Assembly: GCA_964016885.1 (NCBI GenBank)
Contig: OZ024743.1
Coordinates: 325,252,001-325,316,000, forward strand
Length of the DNA stretch: 64,000 nucleotides
DNA from: Eledone cirrhosa
Taxonomy: Eukaryota
Direction of reading: 5' to 3'
Made by a program: the position numbers and the translations under genes. The notes under the pieces were generated by a model, which ran no database searches, had not been told where the DNA came from, and was given only the letters and a program-made list of their open reading frames with translations. This document shows positions 23,501 through 38,500 of the stretch, in pieces. How positions within the stretch are numbered: position 1 is the first letter of the stretch; each line of letters opens with the position of its first letter.

Positions 23501-26500
23501 ACCCAGTTTAACACCACCACCTGACCCTTAGGTGGTAGACTTAATCCATCACCCAGTTTAACACCACCAGCTGACCCTTAGGTGGTAGACTTAATCCATC
23601 ACCCAGTTTAACACCACCACCTGGGCCTTAGGTGGTAGACTTAATCCATCACCCAGTTTAACACCACCACCTGACCCTTAGGTGGTAGACTTAATCCATC
23701 ACCCAGTATAACACCACCACCTGGTCCTTAGGTGGTATGCTTAATCCATCACCCAGTTCAACACCACCACCTGACCCTTGAGTGGTAGACTTAATCCATC
23801 ACCCAGTTTAACACCACCACCTGGGCCTTGGGTGGTAGACTTAATCCATCACCCAGTTTAACACCACCACCTGGGCCTTGGGTGGTAGTCTTAATCCATC
23901 ACCCAGTTCAACACCACCACCCGACCCTTGAGTGGTAGACTTAATCCATCACCAGTTCAACACCACTACCTGAACCTTGGGTGGTAGACTTACTCCATCA
24001 CCCAGTTTAACACCACCACCTGGGCCTTGGGTGGTAGACTTAATCCATCACCCAGTTAAACACCACCACCTGACCCTTGAGTGGTAGACTTAATCCATCA
24101 CCCAGTTTAACAGCACCACCTGGGCCTTGGGTGGTAGACTTAATCCATCACCCAGTTCAAAACCACCACCTGGACCTTAGGTGGTAGACTTAATCCATCA
24201 CCCAGTTCAACACCACCACCTGGGCCTTAGGTGGTAGACTTAATCCATCACCCAGTTCAACACCACTACCTGACCCTTAGGTGGTAGACTTAATCCATCA
24301 CCCAGTTTAGCACCACCACCTGACCCGTAGGTGGTAGACTTAATCCATCACCAGTTCAACACCACTACCTGAACCTTGGGTGGTAGACTTAATCCATCAC
24401 CCAGTTTAACACCACCACCTGACCCTTAGGTGGTAGACTTAATCCATCACCCAGTTTAACACCACTACCTGACCCTTGGGTGGTAGACTTAATCCATCAC
24501 CCAGTTTAACACAACTACCTGACCCTTGCATGGTAGACATAATCCATCACCCAGTTTAACACCACTACCTTACCCTTGGGTGGTAGACTTAATCCATCAC
24601 CCAGTTTAACACCACTACCTGACCCTTGCATGGTAGACATAATCCATCACCCAGTTTAACACCACTACCTTACCCTTGGGTGGTAGACTTAATCCATCAC
24701 CCAGTTTAACACCACTACCTGACACTTGCATGGTAGACATAATCCATCACCCAGTTTAACACCACTTCCTGACCCTGGGTGGTAGACTTAATCCATCACC
24801 CAGTTTAACACCACTACCTGACCCTTGGGTGGTAGACTTAATCCATCACCCAGTTTAACACCACCACCTGGGCCTTGGGTGGTAGACTTAATCCATCACC
24901 CAGTTTAACACCACCACCTGACCCTTGGGTGGTAGACTTAATCCATCACCCAGTTTAACACCACCACCTGACCCTTGGGTGGTAGACTTAATCCATCACC
25001 CAGTTTAACACCACTACCTGACTCTTGAGTGGTAGACTTAATCCATCACCCAGTTTAACACCACTACCTGACCCTTGGGTGGTAGACATAATCCATCACC
25101 CAGTTCAACACCACCACCCGGGCCTTAGGTGGTAGACTTAATCCATCACCCAGTTTAACACCACCACCTGACCCTTAGGTGGTAGACTTAATCCATCACC
25201 CAGTTTAACACCACCACCTGACCCTTAGGTGGTAGACTTAATCCATCACCCAGTTTAACACCACTACCTTACCCTTATGTGGTAGACTTAATCCATCACC
25301 CAGTTTAACACCACTACCTGACCCTTGGGTGGTAGACATAATCCATCACCCAGTTTAACACCACTACCTGACCCTTGCATGGTAGACTTAATCCATCACC
25401 CAGTTTAACACCACTACCTTACCCTTGGGTGGTAGACTTAATCCATCACCCAGTTTAACACCACTACCTGACCCTTGGGTGGTAGACTTAATCCATCACT
25501 CAGTTCAACACCACCACCTGACCCTTGAGTGGTAGACTTAATCCATCACCCAGTTTAACACCACCACCTGACCCTTGCATGGTAGACATAATCCATCACC
25601 CAGTTTAACACCACTACCTTACCCTTGGGTGGTAGACTTAATCCATCACCCAGTTTAACACCACTACCTGACCCTTGAGTGGTAGACTTAATCCATCACC
25701 CAGTTTAACACCACTACCTGACCCTTGGGTGGTAGACATAATCCATCAACCAGTTCAACACCACCACCTGGGCCTTAGGTGGTAGACTTAATCCATCACC
25801 CAGTTTAACACCACCAGCTGACCCTTAGGTGGTAGACTTAATCCATCACCCAGTTTAACACCACCACCTGACCCTTAGGTGGTAGACTTAATCCATCACC
25901 CAGTTTAACACCACCACCTGACCCTTAGGTGGTAGACTTAATCCCTCACCCAGTTTAACACCACCACCTGACCCTTAGGTGGTAGACTTAATCCATCACC
26001 CAGTTTAACACCACCAGCTGACCCTTAGGTGGTAGACTTAATCCATCACCCAGTTTAACACCACCACCTGGGCCTTAGGTGGTAGACTTAATCCATCACC
26101 CAGTTTAACACCACCACCTGACCCTTAGGTGGTAGACTTAATCCATCACCCAGTTTAACACCACCACCTGGTCCTTAGGTGGTATGCTTAATCCATCACC
26201 CAGTTCAACACCACCACCTGACCCTTGAGTGGTAGACTTAATCCATCACCCAGTTTAACACCACCACCTGGGCCTTGGGTGGTAGACTTAATCCATCACC
26301 CAGTTTAACACCACCACCTGGGCCTTGGGTGGTAGACTTAATCCATCACCCAGTTCAACACCACCACCCGACCCTTGAGTGGTAGACTTAATCCATCACC
26401 AGTTCAACACCACTACCTGAACCTTGGGTGGTAGACTTACTCCATCACCCAGTTTAACACCACCACCTGGGCCTTGGGTGGTAGACTTAATCCATCACCC

Positions 26501-29500
26501 AGTTAAACACCACCACCTGACCCTTGAGTGGTAGACTTAATCCATCACCCAGTTTAACAGCACCACCTGGGCCTTGGGTGGTAGACTTAATCCATCACCC
26601 AGTTCAAAACCACCACCTGGACCTTAGGTGGTAGACTTAATCCATCACCCAGTTCAACACCACCACCTGGGCCTTAGGTGGTAGACTTAATCCATCACCC
26701 AGTTCAACACCACTACCTGACCCTTAGGTGGTAGACTTAATCCATCACCCAGTTTAGCACCACCACCTGACCCGTAGGTGGTAGACTTAATCCATCACCA
26801 GTTCAACACCACTACCTGAACCTTGGGTGGTAGACTTAATCCATCACCCAGTTTAACACCACCACCTGACCCTTAGGTGGTAGACTTAATCCATCACCCA
26901 GTTTAACACCACTACCTGACCCTTGGGTGGTAGACTTAATCCATCACCCAGTTTAACACAACTACCTGACCCTTGCATGGTAGACATAATCCATCACCCA
27001 GTTTAACACCACTACCTTACCCTTGGGTGGTAGACTTAATCCATCACCCAGTTTAACACCACTACCTGACCCTTGCATGGTAGACATAATCCATCACCCA
27101 GTTTAACACCACTACCTTACCCTTGGGTGGTAGACTTAATCCATCACCCAGTTTAACACCACTACCTGACACTTGCATGGTAGACATAATCCATCACCCA
27201 GTTTAACACCACCACCTGGGCCTTGGGTGGTAGACTTAATCCATCACCCAGTTTAACACCACCACCTGACCCTTGGGTGGTAGACTTAATCCATCACCCA
27301 GTTTAACACCACCACCTGACCCTTGGGTGGTAGACTTAATCCATCACCCAGTTTAACACCACTACCTGACTCTTGAGTGGTAGACTTAATCCATCACCCA
27401 GTTTAACACCACTACCTGACCCTTGGGTGGTAGACATAATCCATCACCCAGTTCAACACCACCACCCGGGCCTTAGGTGGTAGACTTAATCCATCACCCA
27501 GTTTAACACCACCACCTGACCCTTAGGTGGTAGACTTAATCCATCACCCAGTTTAACACCACCACCTGACCCTTAGGTGGTAGACTTAATCCATCACCCA
27601 GTTTAACACCACTACCTTACCCTTATGTGGTAGACTTAATCCATCACCCAGTTTAACACCACTACCTGACCCTTGGGTGGTAGACATAATCCATCACCCA
27701 GTTTAACACCACTACCTGACCCTTGCATGGTAGACTTAATCCATCACCCAGTTTAACACCACTACCTTACCCTTGGGTGGTAGACTTAATCCATCACCCA
27801 GTTTAACACCACTACCTGACCCTTGGGTGGTAGACTTAATCCATCACTCAGTTCAACACCACCACCTGACCCTTGAGTGGTAGACTTAATCCATCACCCA
27901 GTTTAACACCACCACCTGACCCTTGCATGGTAGACATAATCCATCACCCAGTTTAACACCACTACCTTACCCTTGGGTGGTAGACTTAATCCATCACCCA
28001 GTTTAACACCACTACCTGACCCTTGAGTGGTAGACTTAATCCATCACCCAGTTTAACACCACTACCTGACCCTTGGGTGGTAGACATAATCCATCAACCA
28101 GTTCAACACCACCACCTGGGCCTTAGGTGGTAGACTTAATCCATCACCCAGTTTAACACCACCAGCTGACCCTTAGGTGGTAGACTTAATCCATCACCCA
28201 GTTTAACACCACCACCTGACCCTTAGGTGGTAGACTTAATCCATCACCCAGTTTAACACCACCACCTGACCCTTAGGTGGTAGACTTAATCCCTCACCCA
28301 GTTTAACACCACCACCTGACCCTTAGGTGGTAGACTTAATCCATCACCCAGTTTAACACCACCAGCTGACCCTTAGGTGGTAGACTTAATCCATCACCCA
28401 GTTTAACACCACCACCTGGGCCTTAGGTGGTAGACTTAATCCATCACCCAGTTTAACACCACCACCTGACCCTTAGGTGGTAGACTTAATCCATCACCCA
28501 GTTTAACACCACCACCTGGTCCTTAGGTGGTATGCTTAATCCATCACCCAGTTCAACACCACCACCTGACCCTTGAGTGGTAGACTTAATCCATCACCCA
28601 GTTTAACACCACCACCTGGGCCTTGGGTGGTAGACTTAATCCATCACCCAGTTTAACACCACCACCTGGGCCTTGGGTGGTAGACTTAATCCATCACCCA
28701 GTTCAACACCACCACCCGACCCTTGAGTGGTAGACTTAATCCATCACCAGTTCAACACCACTACCTGAACCTTGGGTGGTAGACTTACTCCATCACCCAG
28801 TTTAACACCACCACCTGGGCCTTGGGTGGTAGACTTAATCCATCACCCAGTTAAACACCACCACCTGACCCTTGAGTGGTAGACTTAATCCATCACCCAG
28901 TTTAACAGCAACACCTGGGCCTTGGGTGGTAGACTTAATCCATCACCCAGTTCAAAACCACCACCTGGACCTTAGGTGGTAGACTTAATCCATCACCCAG
29001 TTCAACACCACCACCTGGGCCTTAGGTGGTAGACTTAATCCATCACCCAGTTTAACACCACCACCTGACCCTTAGGTGGTAGACTTAATCCATCACCCAG
29101 TTTAGCACCACCACCTGACCCTTAGGTGGTAGACTTAATCCATCACCAGTTCAACACCACTACCTGAACCTTGGGTGGTAGACTTACTCCATCACCCAGT
29201 TTAACACCACCACCTGACCCTTAGGTGGTAGACTTAATCCATCACCCAGTTTAACACCACTACCTGAACCTTGGGTGGTAGACTTAATCCATCACCCAGT
29301 TTAACACCACTTCCTGACCCTTGGGTGGTAGACTTAATCCATCACCCAGTATAACAACACCACCTGGGCCTTAGGTGGTAGAATTAATCCATCACCCAGT
29401 TTAACACCACCACCTGACCCTAAGGCGGTAGACTTAATCCATCACCCAGTTTAACACCACCAGCTGACCCTTAGGTGGTAGACTTAATCCATCACCCAGT

Positions 29501-32500
29501 TTAACACCACCACCTGGGCCTTAGGTGGTAGACTTAATCCATCACCCAGTTTAACACCACCACCTGACCCTTAGGTGGTAGACTTAATCCATCACCCAGT
29601 TTAACACCATCACCTGGTCCTTAGGTGGTATGCTTAATCCATCACCCAGTTCAACACCACCACCTGACCCTTGAGTGGTAGACTTAATCCATCACCCAGT
29701 TTAACACCACCACCTGGGCCTTGGGTGGTAGACTTAATCCATCACCCAGTTTAACACCACCACCTGGGCCTTGGGTGGTAGACTTAATCCATCACCCAGT
29801 TCAACACCACCACCCGACCCTTGAGTGGTAGACTTAATCCATCACCAGTTCAACACCACTACCTGAACCTTGGGTGGTAGACTTACTCCATCACCCAGTT
29901 TAACACCACCACCTGGGCCTTGGGTGGTAGACTTAATCCATCACCCAGTTAAACACCACCACCTGACCCTTGAGTGGTAGACTTAATCCATCACCCAGTT
30001 TAACAGCACCACCTGGGCCTTGGGTGGTAGACTTAATCCATCACCCAGTTCAAAACCACCACCTGGACCTTAGGTGGTAGACTTAATCCATCACCCAGTT
30101 CAACACCACCACCTGGGCCTTAGGTGGTAGACTTAATCCATCACCCAGTTTAACACCACCACCTGACCCTTAGGTGGTAGACTTAATCCATCACCCAGTT
30201 TAGCACCACCACCTGACCCTTAGGTGGTAGACTTAATCCATCACCAGTTCAACACCACTACCTGAACCTTGGGTGGTAGACTTACTCCATCACCCAGTTT
30301 AACACCACCACCTGACCCTTAGGTGGTAGACTTAATCCATCACCCAGTTTAACACCACTACCTGAACCTTGGGTGGTAGACTTAATCCATCACCCAGTTT
30401 AACACCACTTCCTGACCCTTGGGTGGTAGACTTAATCCATCACCCAGTATAACAACACCACCTGGGCCTTAGGTGGTAGAATTAATCCATCACCCAGTTT
30501 AACACCACCACCTGACCCTTAGGCGGTAGACTTAATCCATCACCCAGTTTAACACCACCACCTGACCCTTAGGTGGTAGACTTAATCCATCACCCAGTTT
30601 AACACCACTTCCTGACCCTTGGGTGGTAGACTTAATCCATCACCCAGTTTAACACCACCACCTGACCCTTAGGTGGTAGACTTAATCCATCACCCAGTTC
30701 AACAACACCACCAGGGCCTTAGGTGGTAGACTTAATCCATCACCCAGTTTAACACCACTTCCTGACCCTTGGGTGGTAGACTTAATCCATCACCCAGTTT
30801 AACACCACCACCTGACCCTTAGGTGGTAGACTTAATCCATCACCCAGTTCAACACCACCACCAGGGCCTTAGGTGGTAGACTTAATCCATCACCCAGTTT
30901 AACACCACTTCCTGACCCTTGGGTGGTAGACTTAATCCATCACCCAGTTTAACACCACTACCTGACCCTTAGGTGGTAGACTTAATCCATCACCCAGTTT
31001 AACACCACCACCTGACCCTTAGGTGGTAGACTTAATCCATCACCCAGTTCAACACCACTACCTGACCCTTAGGTGGTAGACTTAATCCATCACCCAGTTT
31101 AGCACCACCACCTGACCCTTAGGTGGTAGACTTAATCCATCACCAGTTCAACACCACTACCTGAACCTTGGGTGGTAGACTTAATCCATCACCCAGTTTA
31201 ACACCACCACCTGACCCTTAGGTGGTAGACTTAATCCATCACCCAGTTTAACACCACTACCTGACCCTTGGGTGGTAGACTTAATCCATCACCCAGTTTA
31301 ACACAACTACCTGACCCTTGCATGGTAGACATAATCCATCACCCAGTTTAACACCACTACCTTACCCTTGGGTGGTAGACTTAATCCATCACCCAGTTTA
31401 ACACCACTACCTGACCCTTGCATGGTAGACATAATCCATCACCCAGTTTAACACCACTACCTTACCCTTGGGTGGTAGACTTAATCCATCACCCAGTTTA
31501 ACACCACTACCTGACACTTGCATGGTAGACATAATCCATCACCCAGTTTAACACCACTTCCTGACCCTGGGTGGTAGACTTAATCCATCACCCAGTTTAA
31601 CACCACTACCTGACCCTTGGGTGGTAGACTTAATCCATCACCCAGTTTAACACCACCACCTGGGCCTTGGGTGGTAGACTTAATCCATCACCCAGTTTAA
31701 CACCACCACCTGACCCTTGGGTGGTAGACTTAATCCATCACCCAGTTTAACACCACCACCTGACCCTTGGGTGGTAGACTTAATCCATCACCCAGTTTAA
31801 CACCACTACCTGACTCTTGAGTGGTAGACTTAATCCATCACCCAGTTTAACACCACTACCTGACCCTTGGGTGGTAGACATAATCCATCACCCAGTTCAA
31901 CACCACCACCCGGGCCTTAGGTGGTAGACTTAATCCATCACCCAGTTTAACACCACCACCTGACCCTTAGGTGGTAGACTTAATCCATCACCCAGTTTAA
32001 CACCACCACCTGACCCTTAGGTGGTAGACTTAATCCATCACCCAGTTTAACACCACTACCTTACCCTTATGTGGTAGACTTAATCCATCACCCAGTTTAA
32101 CACCACTACCTGACCCTTGGGTGGTAGACATAATCCATCACCCAGTTTAACACCACTACCTGACCCTTGCATGGTAGACTTAATCCATCACCCAGTTTAA
32201 CACCACTACCTTACCCTTGGGTGGTAGACTTAATCCATCACCCAGTTTAACACCACTACCTGACCCTTGGGTGGTAGACTTAATCCATCACTCAGTTCAA
32301 CACCACCACCTGACCCTTGAGTGGTAGACTTAATCCATCACCCAGTTTAACACCACCACCTGGGCCTTGGGTGGTAGACTTAATCCATCACCCAGTTTAA
32401 CACCACCACCTGGGCCTTGGGTGGTAGACTTAATCCATCACCCAGTTCAACACCACCACCCGACCCTTGAGTGGTAGACTTAATCCATCACCAGTTCAAC

Positions 32501-35500
32501 ACCACTACCTGAACCTTGGGTGGTAGACTTACTCCATCACCCAGTTTAACACCACCACCTGGGCCTTGGGTGGTAGACTTAATCCATCACCCAGTTAAAC
32601 ACCACCACCTGACCCTTGAGTGGTAGACTTAATCCATCACCCAGTTTAACAGCACCACCTGGGCCTTGGGTGGTAGACTTAATCCATCACCCAGTTCAAA
32701 ACCACCACCTGGACCTTAGGTGGTAGACTTAATCCATCACCCAGTTCAACACCACCACCTGGGCCTTAGGTGGTAGACTTAATCCATCACCCAGTTTAAC
32801 ACCACCACCTGACCCTTAGGTGGTAGACTTAATCCATCACCCAGTTTAGCACCACCACCTGACCCTTAGGTGGTAGACTTAATCCATCACCAGTTCAACA
32901 CCACTACCTGAACCTTGGGTGGTAGACTTACTCCATCACCCAGTTTAACACCACCACCTGACCCTTAGGTGGTAGACTTAATCCATCACCCAGTTTAACA
33001 CCACTACCTGAACCTTGGGTGGTAGACTTAATCCATCACCCAGTTTAACACCACTTCCTGACCCTTGGGTGGTAGACTTAATCCATCACCCAGTATAACA
33101 ACACCACCTGGGCCTTAGGTGGTAGAATTAATCCATCACCCAGTTTAACACCACCACCTGACCCTTAGGCGGTAGACTTAATCCATCACCCAGTTTAACA
33201 CCACCACCTGACCCTTAGGTGGTAGACTTAATCCATCACCCAGTTTAACACCACTTCCTGACCCTTGGGTGGTAGACTTAATCCATCACCCAGTTTAACA
33301 CCACCACCTGACCCTTAGGTGGTAGACTTAATCCATCACCCAGTTCAACACCACCACCAGGGCCTTAGGTGGTAGACTTAATCCATCACCCAGTTTAACA
33401 CCACTTCCTGACCCTTGGGTGGTAGACTTAATCCATCACCCAGTTTAACACCACCACCTGACCCTTAGGTGGTAGACTTAATCCATCACCCAGTTCAACA
33501 CCACCACCAGGGCCTTAGGTGGTAGACTTAATCCATCACCCAGTTTAACACCACTTCCTGACCCTTGGGTGGTAGACTTAATCCATCACCCAGTTTAACA
33601 CCACTACCTGACCCTTAGGTGGTAGACTTAATCCATCACCCAGTTTAACACCACCACCTGACCCTTAGGTGGTAGACTTAATCCATCACCCAGTTCAACA
33701 CCACTACCTGACCCTTAGGTGGTAGACTTAATCCATCACCCAGTTTAACACCACCACCTGACCCTTAGGTGGTAGACTTAATCCATCACCCAGTTTAACA
33801 CCACCACCTGACCCTTAGGTGGTAGACTTAATCCATCACCCAGTATAACACCACTACCTGACCCTTGGGTGGTAGACTTAATCCATCACCCAGTTTAACA
33901 CCGCCACCTGGGCCTTGGGTGGTAGACTTAATCCATCACCAGGTTCAACACCACTACCTGACCCTTAGGTGGTAGACTTAATCCATCACCCAGTTTAACA
34001 CCACCACCTGATCCTTAGGTGGTAGACTTAATCCATCACCCAGTTTAACACCACCACCTGACCCTTAGGTGGTAGACTTAATCCATCACCCAGTATAACA
34101 CCACTACCTGACCCTTGGGTGGTAGACTTAATCCATCACCCAGTTTAACACCGCCACCTGGGCCTTGGGTGGTAGACTTAATCCATCACCCAGTTTAACA
34201 CCACTACCTGACCCTTGGGTGGTAGACTTAATCCATCACCCAGTTCAACACCACCACCTGGTCCTTAGGTGGTAGACTTAATCCATCACCCAGTTTAACA
34301 CCACCACCTGGTTTTTAGGTGGTAGACTTAATCCATCACCCAGTTTAACACCACCACCTGGTCCTTAGGTGGTAGACTTAATCCATCACCCAGTTTAACA
34401 CCACTACCTGACCCTTGGGTGGTAGACTTAATCCATCACCCATTTTAATACCACCACCTGGTCCTTGGGTGGTAGACTTAATCCATCACCCAGTTTAACA
34501 CCACTACCTGACCCTTGGGTGGTAGACTTAATCCATCACCCAATTTAACACCACCACCTGGTCCTTAGGTGGTAGACTTAATCCATCACCCAGTTTAACA
34601 CCACCACGTGGTCCTTAGGTGGTAGACTTAATCCATCACCCAGTTTAACACCACCGCCTGGTCGTTAGGTGGTAGACTTAATCCATCACCCAGTTTAACA
34701 CCACTGCCTGGTCCTTAGGTGGTAGACATAATCCATCACCCAGTTTAACACCACTACCTGGTCCTTAGGTAGTAGACTTAATCCATCACCCAGTTTAACA
34801 CCACCACCTGGTCCTTGGGTGGTAGACTTAATCTATCACCCAGTTTAACACCACTACCTTGTCCTTAGGTGGTAGACTTAATCCATCGGCCAGTTTAACA
34901 CCACCACCTGGTCCTTAGGTGGTAGACATAATCCATCACCCAGTTTAACACCACCACCTGGTCCTTGGGTGGTAGACTTAATCCATCACCCAGTTTAACA
35001 CTACCACCTGGTCCTTAGGTGGTAGACATAATCCATCAACCAGTTTAACACCACCACCTGGTCCTTGGGTGGTAGACTTAATCCATCACCCAGTTTAACA
35101 CCACCACCTGGTCCTTGGGTGGTAGACTTAATCCATCACCCAGTTTAACACCACCACCTGGTCCTTGGGCAGTAGACTTAATCCATCACCCAGTTTAACA
35201 CCACTACCTTGTCCTTAGGTGGTAGACTTAATCCATCGGCCAGTTTAACACCACCACCTGGTCCTTAGGTGGTAGACATAATCCATCACCCAGTTTAACA
35301 CCAACACCTGGTCCTTGGGTGGTAGACTTAATCCATCACCCAGTTTAACACCACCACCTGGTCCTTGGGTGGTAGACTTAATCCATCACCCAGTTTAACA
35401 CCACCACCTGGTCCTTGGGTGGTAGACTTAATCCATCACCCAGTTTAACACCACTACCTGACCCTTGGGTGGTAGACTTCATCCATCACCCAGTTTAACA

Positions 35501-38500
35501 CCACTACCTGACCCTTGGGTGGTAGACTTAATCCATCACCCAGTTTAACACCACCACCTGGTCCTTAGGTGGTAGACTTAATCCATCAACCAGTTCAACA
35601 CCACTACCTGACCCTTGAGTGGTAGACTTAATCTATCACCCAGTTTAACACCACTACTTGACCCTTGGGTGGTAGACTTAATCCATCACCCAGTTCAACA
35701 CCACCACCTGGTCCTTAGGTGGTAGACTTAATCCATCACCCAGTTTAACACCACTACCTGGTCCTTAGGTGGCATATTTAATCCATTACCCAGTTTAATA
35801 CCACTACCTGGTCCTTAGGTGGTAGACTTAATCCATCACCTAGTTTAATACCACTACCTAACCCTTGGGTGGTATACTTAATCCATCACCCAGTTTAACA
35901 CCACTACCTGACTCTTGGGTGGTAGACTTAATCCGTTCACCCAGTTTAACACCACTTCCTGACCCTTGGGCGGTATACTTATTCCATCACCCAGTTCAAC
36001 ACCACCACCTGGGCTATAGGTGGTAGACTTAATCCATCACCCAGTTTAACAACACCACCTGACCCTTAGGTGGTAGACTTAATCCATCACCCAGTTTAAC
36101 ACCACCACCTGGTCCTTAGGTGGTAGACTTAATCCATCACCCAGTTTAACACCACCACCTGGGCCTTAGGTGGTAGACTTAATCCATCACCCAGTTTAAC
36201 ACCACCACCTGGTCCTTAGGTGGTAGACTTAATCCATCACCCAGTTTAACACCACCACCTGGGCCTTAGGTGGTACACTTAATCCATCACCCAGTTTAAC
36301 ACCACTACCTGACATTTGGGTGGTAGACTTAATCCATCACCCAGTTCAACACCACCACCTGGTCCTTAGGTGGTAGACTTAATCCATCACCCAGTTTAAC
36401 ACCACCACCTGGTCCTTAGGTGGTAGACTTAATCCATCACCCAGTTTAACACCACTACCTGACCCTTGGGTGGTAGACTTAATCCATCACCCAGTTTAAC
36501 ACCACCACCTGGTCCTTGGGTGGTAGACTTAATCCATCACCCAGTTTAACACCACTACCTGACCCTTGGGTGGTAGACTTAATCCATCACCCAATTTAAC
36601 ACCACCACCTGGTCCTTAGGTGGTAGACTTAATCCATCACCCAGTTTAACACCACCACGTGGTCCTTAGGTGGTAGACTTAATCCATCACCCAGTTTAAC
36701 ACCACCGCCTGGTCGTTAGGTGGTAGACTTAATCCATCACCCAGTTTAACACCACTACCTGGTCCTTAGGTGGTAGACATAATCCATCACCCAGTTTAAC
36801 ACCACTACCTGGTCCTTAGGTGGTAGACTTAATCCATCACCCAGTTTAACACCACCACCTGGTCCTTGGGTGGTAGACTTAATCTATCACCCAGTTTAAC
36901 ACCACTACCTTGTCCTTAGGTGGTAGACTTAATCCATCGGCCAGTTTAACACCACCACCTGGTCCTTAGGTGGTAGACATAATCCATCACCCAGTTTAAC
37001 ACCACCACCTGGTCCTTGGGTGGTAGACTTAATCCATCACCCAGTTTAACACCACCACCTGGTCCTTAGGTGGTAGACATAATCCATTAACCAGTTTAAC
37101 ACCACCACCTGGTCCTTGGGTGGTAGACTTAATCCATCACCCAGTTTAACACCACCACCTGGTCCTTGGGTGGTAGACTTAATCCATCACCCAGTTTAAC
37201 ACCACCATCTGGTCCATGGGCAGTAGACTTAATCCATCACCCAGTTTAACACCACTACCTTGTCCTTAGGTGGTAGACTTAATCCATCGGCCAGTTTAAC
37301 ACCACCACCTGGTCCTTAGGTGGTAGACATAATCCATCACCCAGTTTAACACCACCACCTGGTCCTTGGGTGGTAGACTTAATCCATCACCCAGTTTAAC
37401 ACCACCACCTGGTCCTTGGGTGGTAGACTTAATCCATCACCCAGTTTAACACCACTATCTGAACCTTGGGTGCTAGACTTAATCCATCAATCAGTTTAAC
37501 ACCACCACCTGGGCCTTGGGTGGTAGACTTAATCCATCACCCAGTTTAACACCACTACCTGAACCTTGGGTGCTAGACTTAATCCATCACCCAGTTTAAC
37601 ACCACCACCTGGTCCTTGGGTGGTAGACTTAATCCATCACCCAGTTTAACACCACTACCTGACCCTTGGGTGGTAGACTTAATCCATCACCCAGTTTAAC
37701 ACCACTACCTGACCCTTGGGTGGTAGACTTAATCCATCACCCAGTTTAACACCACCACCTGGTCCTTAGGTGGTAGACTTAATCCATCACCCAGTTTAAC
37801 ACCACTACCTGACCCTTGGGTGGTAGACTTAATCCATCACCCAGTTTAACACCACCACCTGGTCCTTAGGTGGTAGACTTAATCCATCACCCAGTTCAAC
37901 ACCACTACCTGACCCTTGAGTGGTAGACTTAATCTATCACCCAGTTTAACACCACTACTTGACCCTTGGGTGGTAGACTTAATCCATCACCCAGTTCAAC
38001 ACCACCACCTGGTCCTTAGGTGGTAGACTTAATCCATCACCCAGTTCAACACCACTACCTGACCCTTGAGTGGTAGACTTAATCTATCACCCAGTTTAAC
38101 ACCACTACTTGACCCTTGGGTGGTAGACTTAATCCATCACCCAGTTTAACACCACCACCTGACCCTTTGGTGGTAGACTTAATCCATCACCCAGTTCAAC
38201 ACCACTACCTGACCCTTAGGTGGTAGACTTAATCCATCACCCAGTTTAACACCACCACCTGACCCTTAGGTGTTAGACTTAATCCATCACCCAGTATAAC
38301 ACCACTACCTCACCCTTGGGTGGTAGACTTAATCCATCACCCAGTTTAACACCGCCACCTGGGCCTTGGGTGGTAGACTTAATCCATCACCCAGTTCAAC
38401 ACCACTACCTGACCCTTAGGTGGTAGACTTAATCCATCACCCAGTTTAACACCACCACCTGACCCTTAGGTGGTAGACTTAATCCATCACCCAGTTTAAC

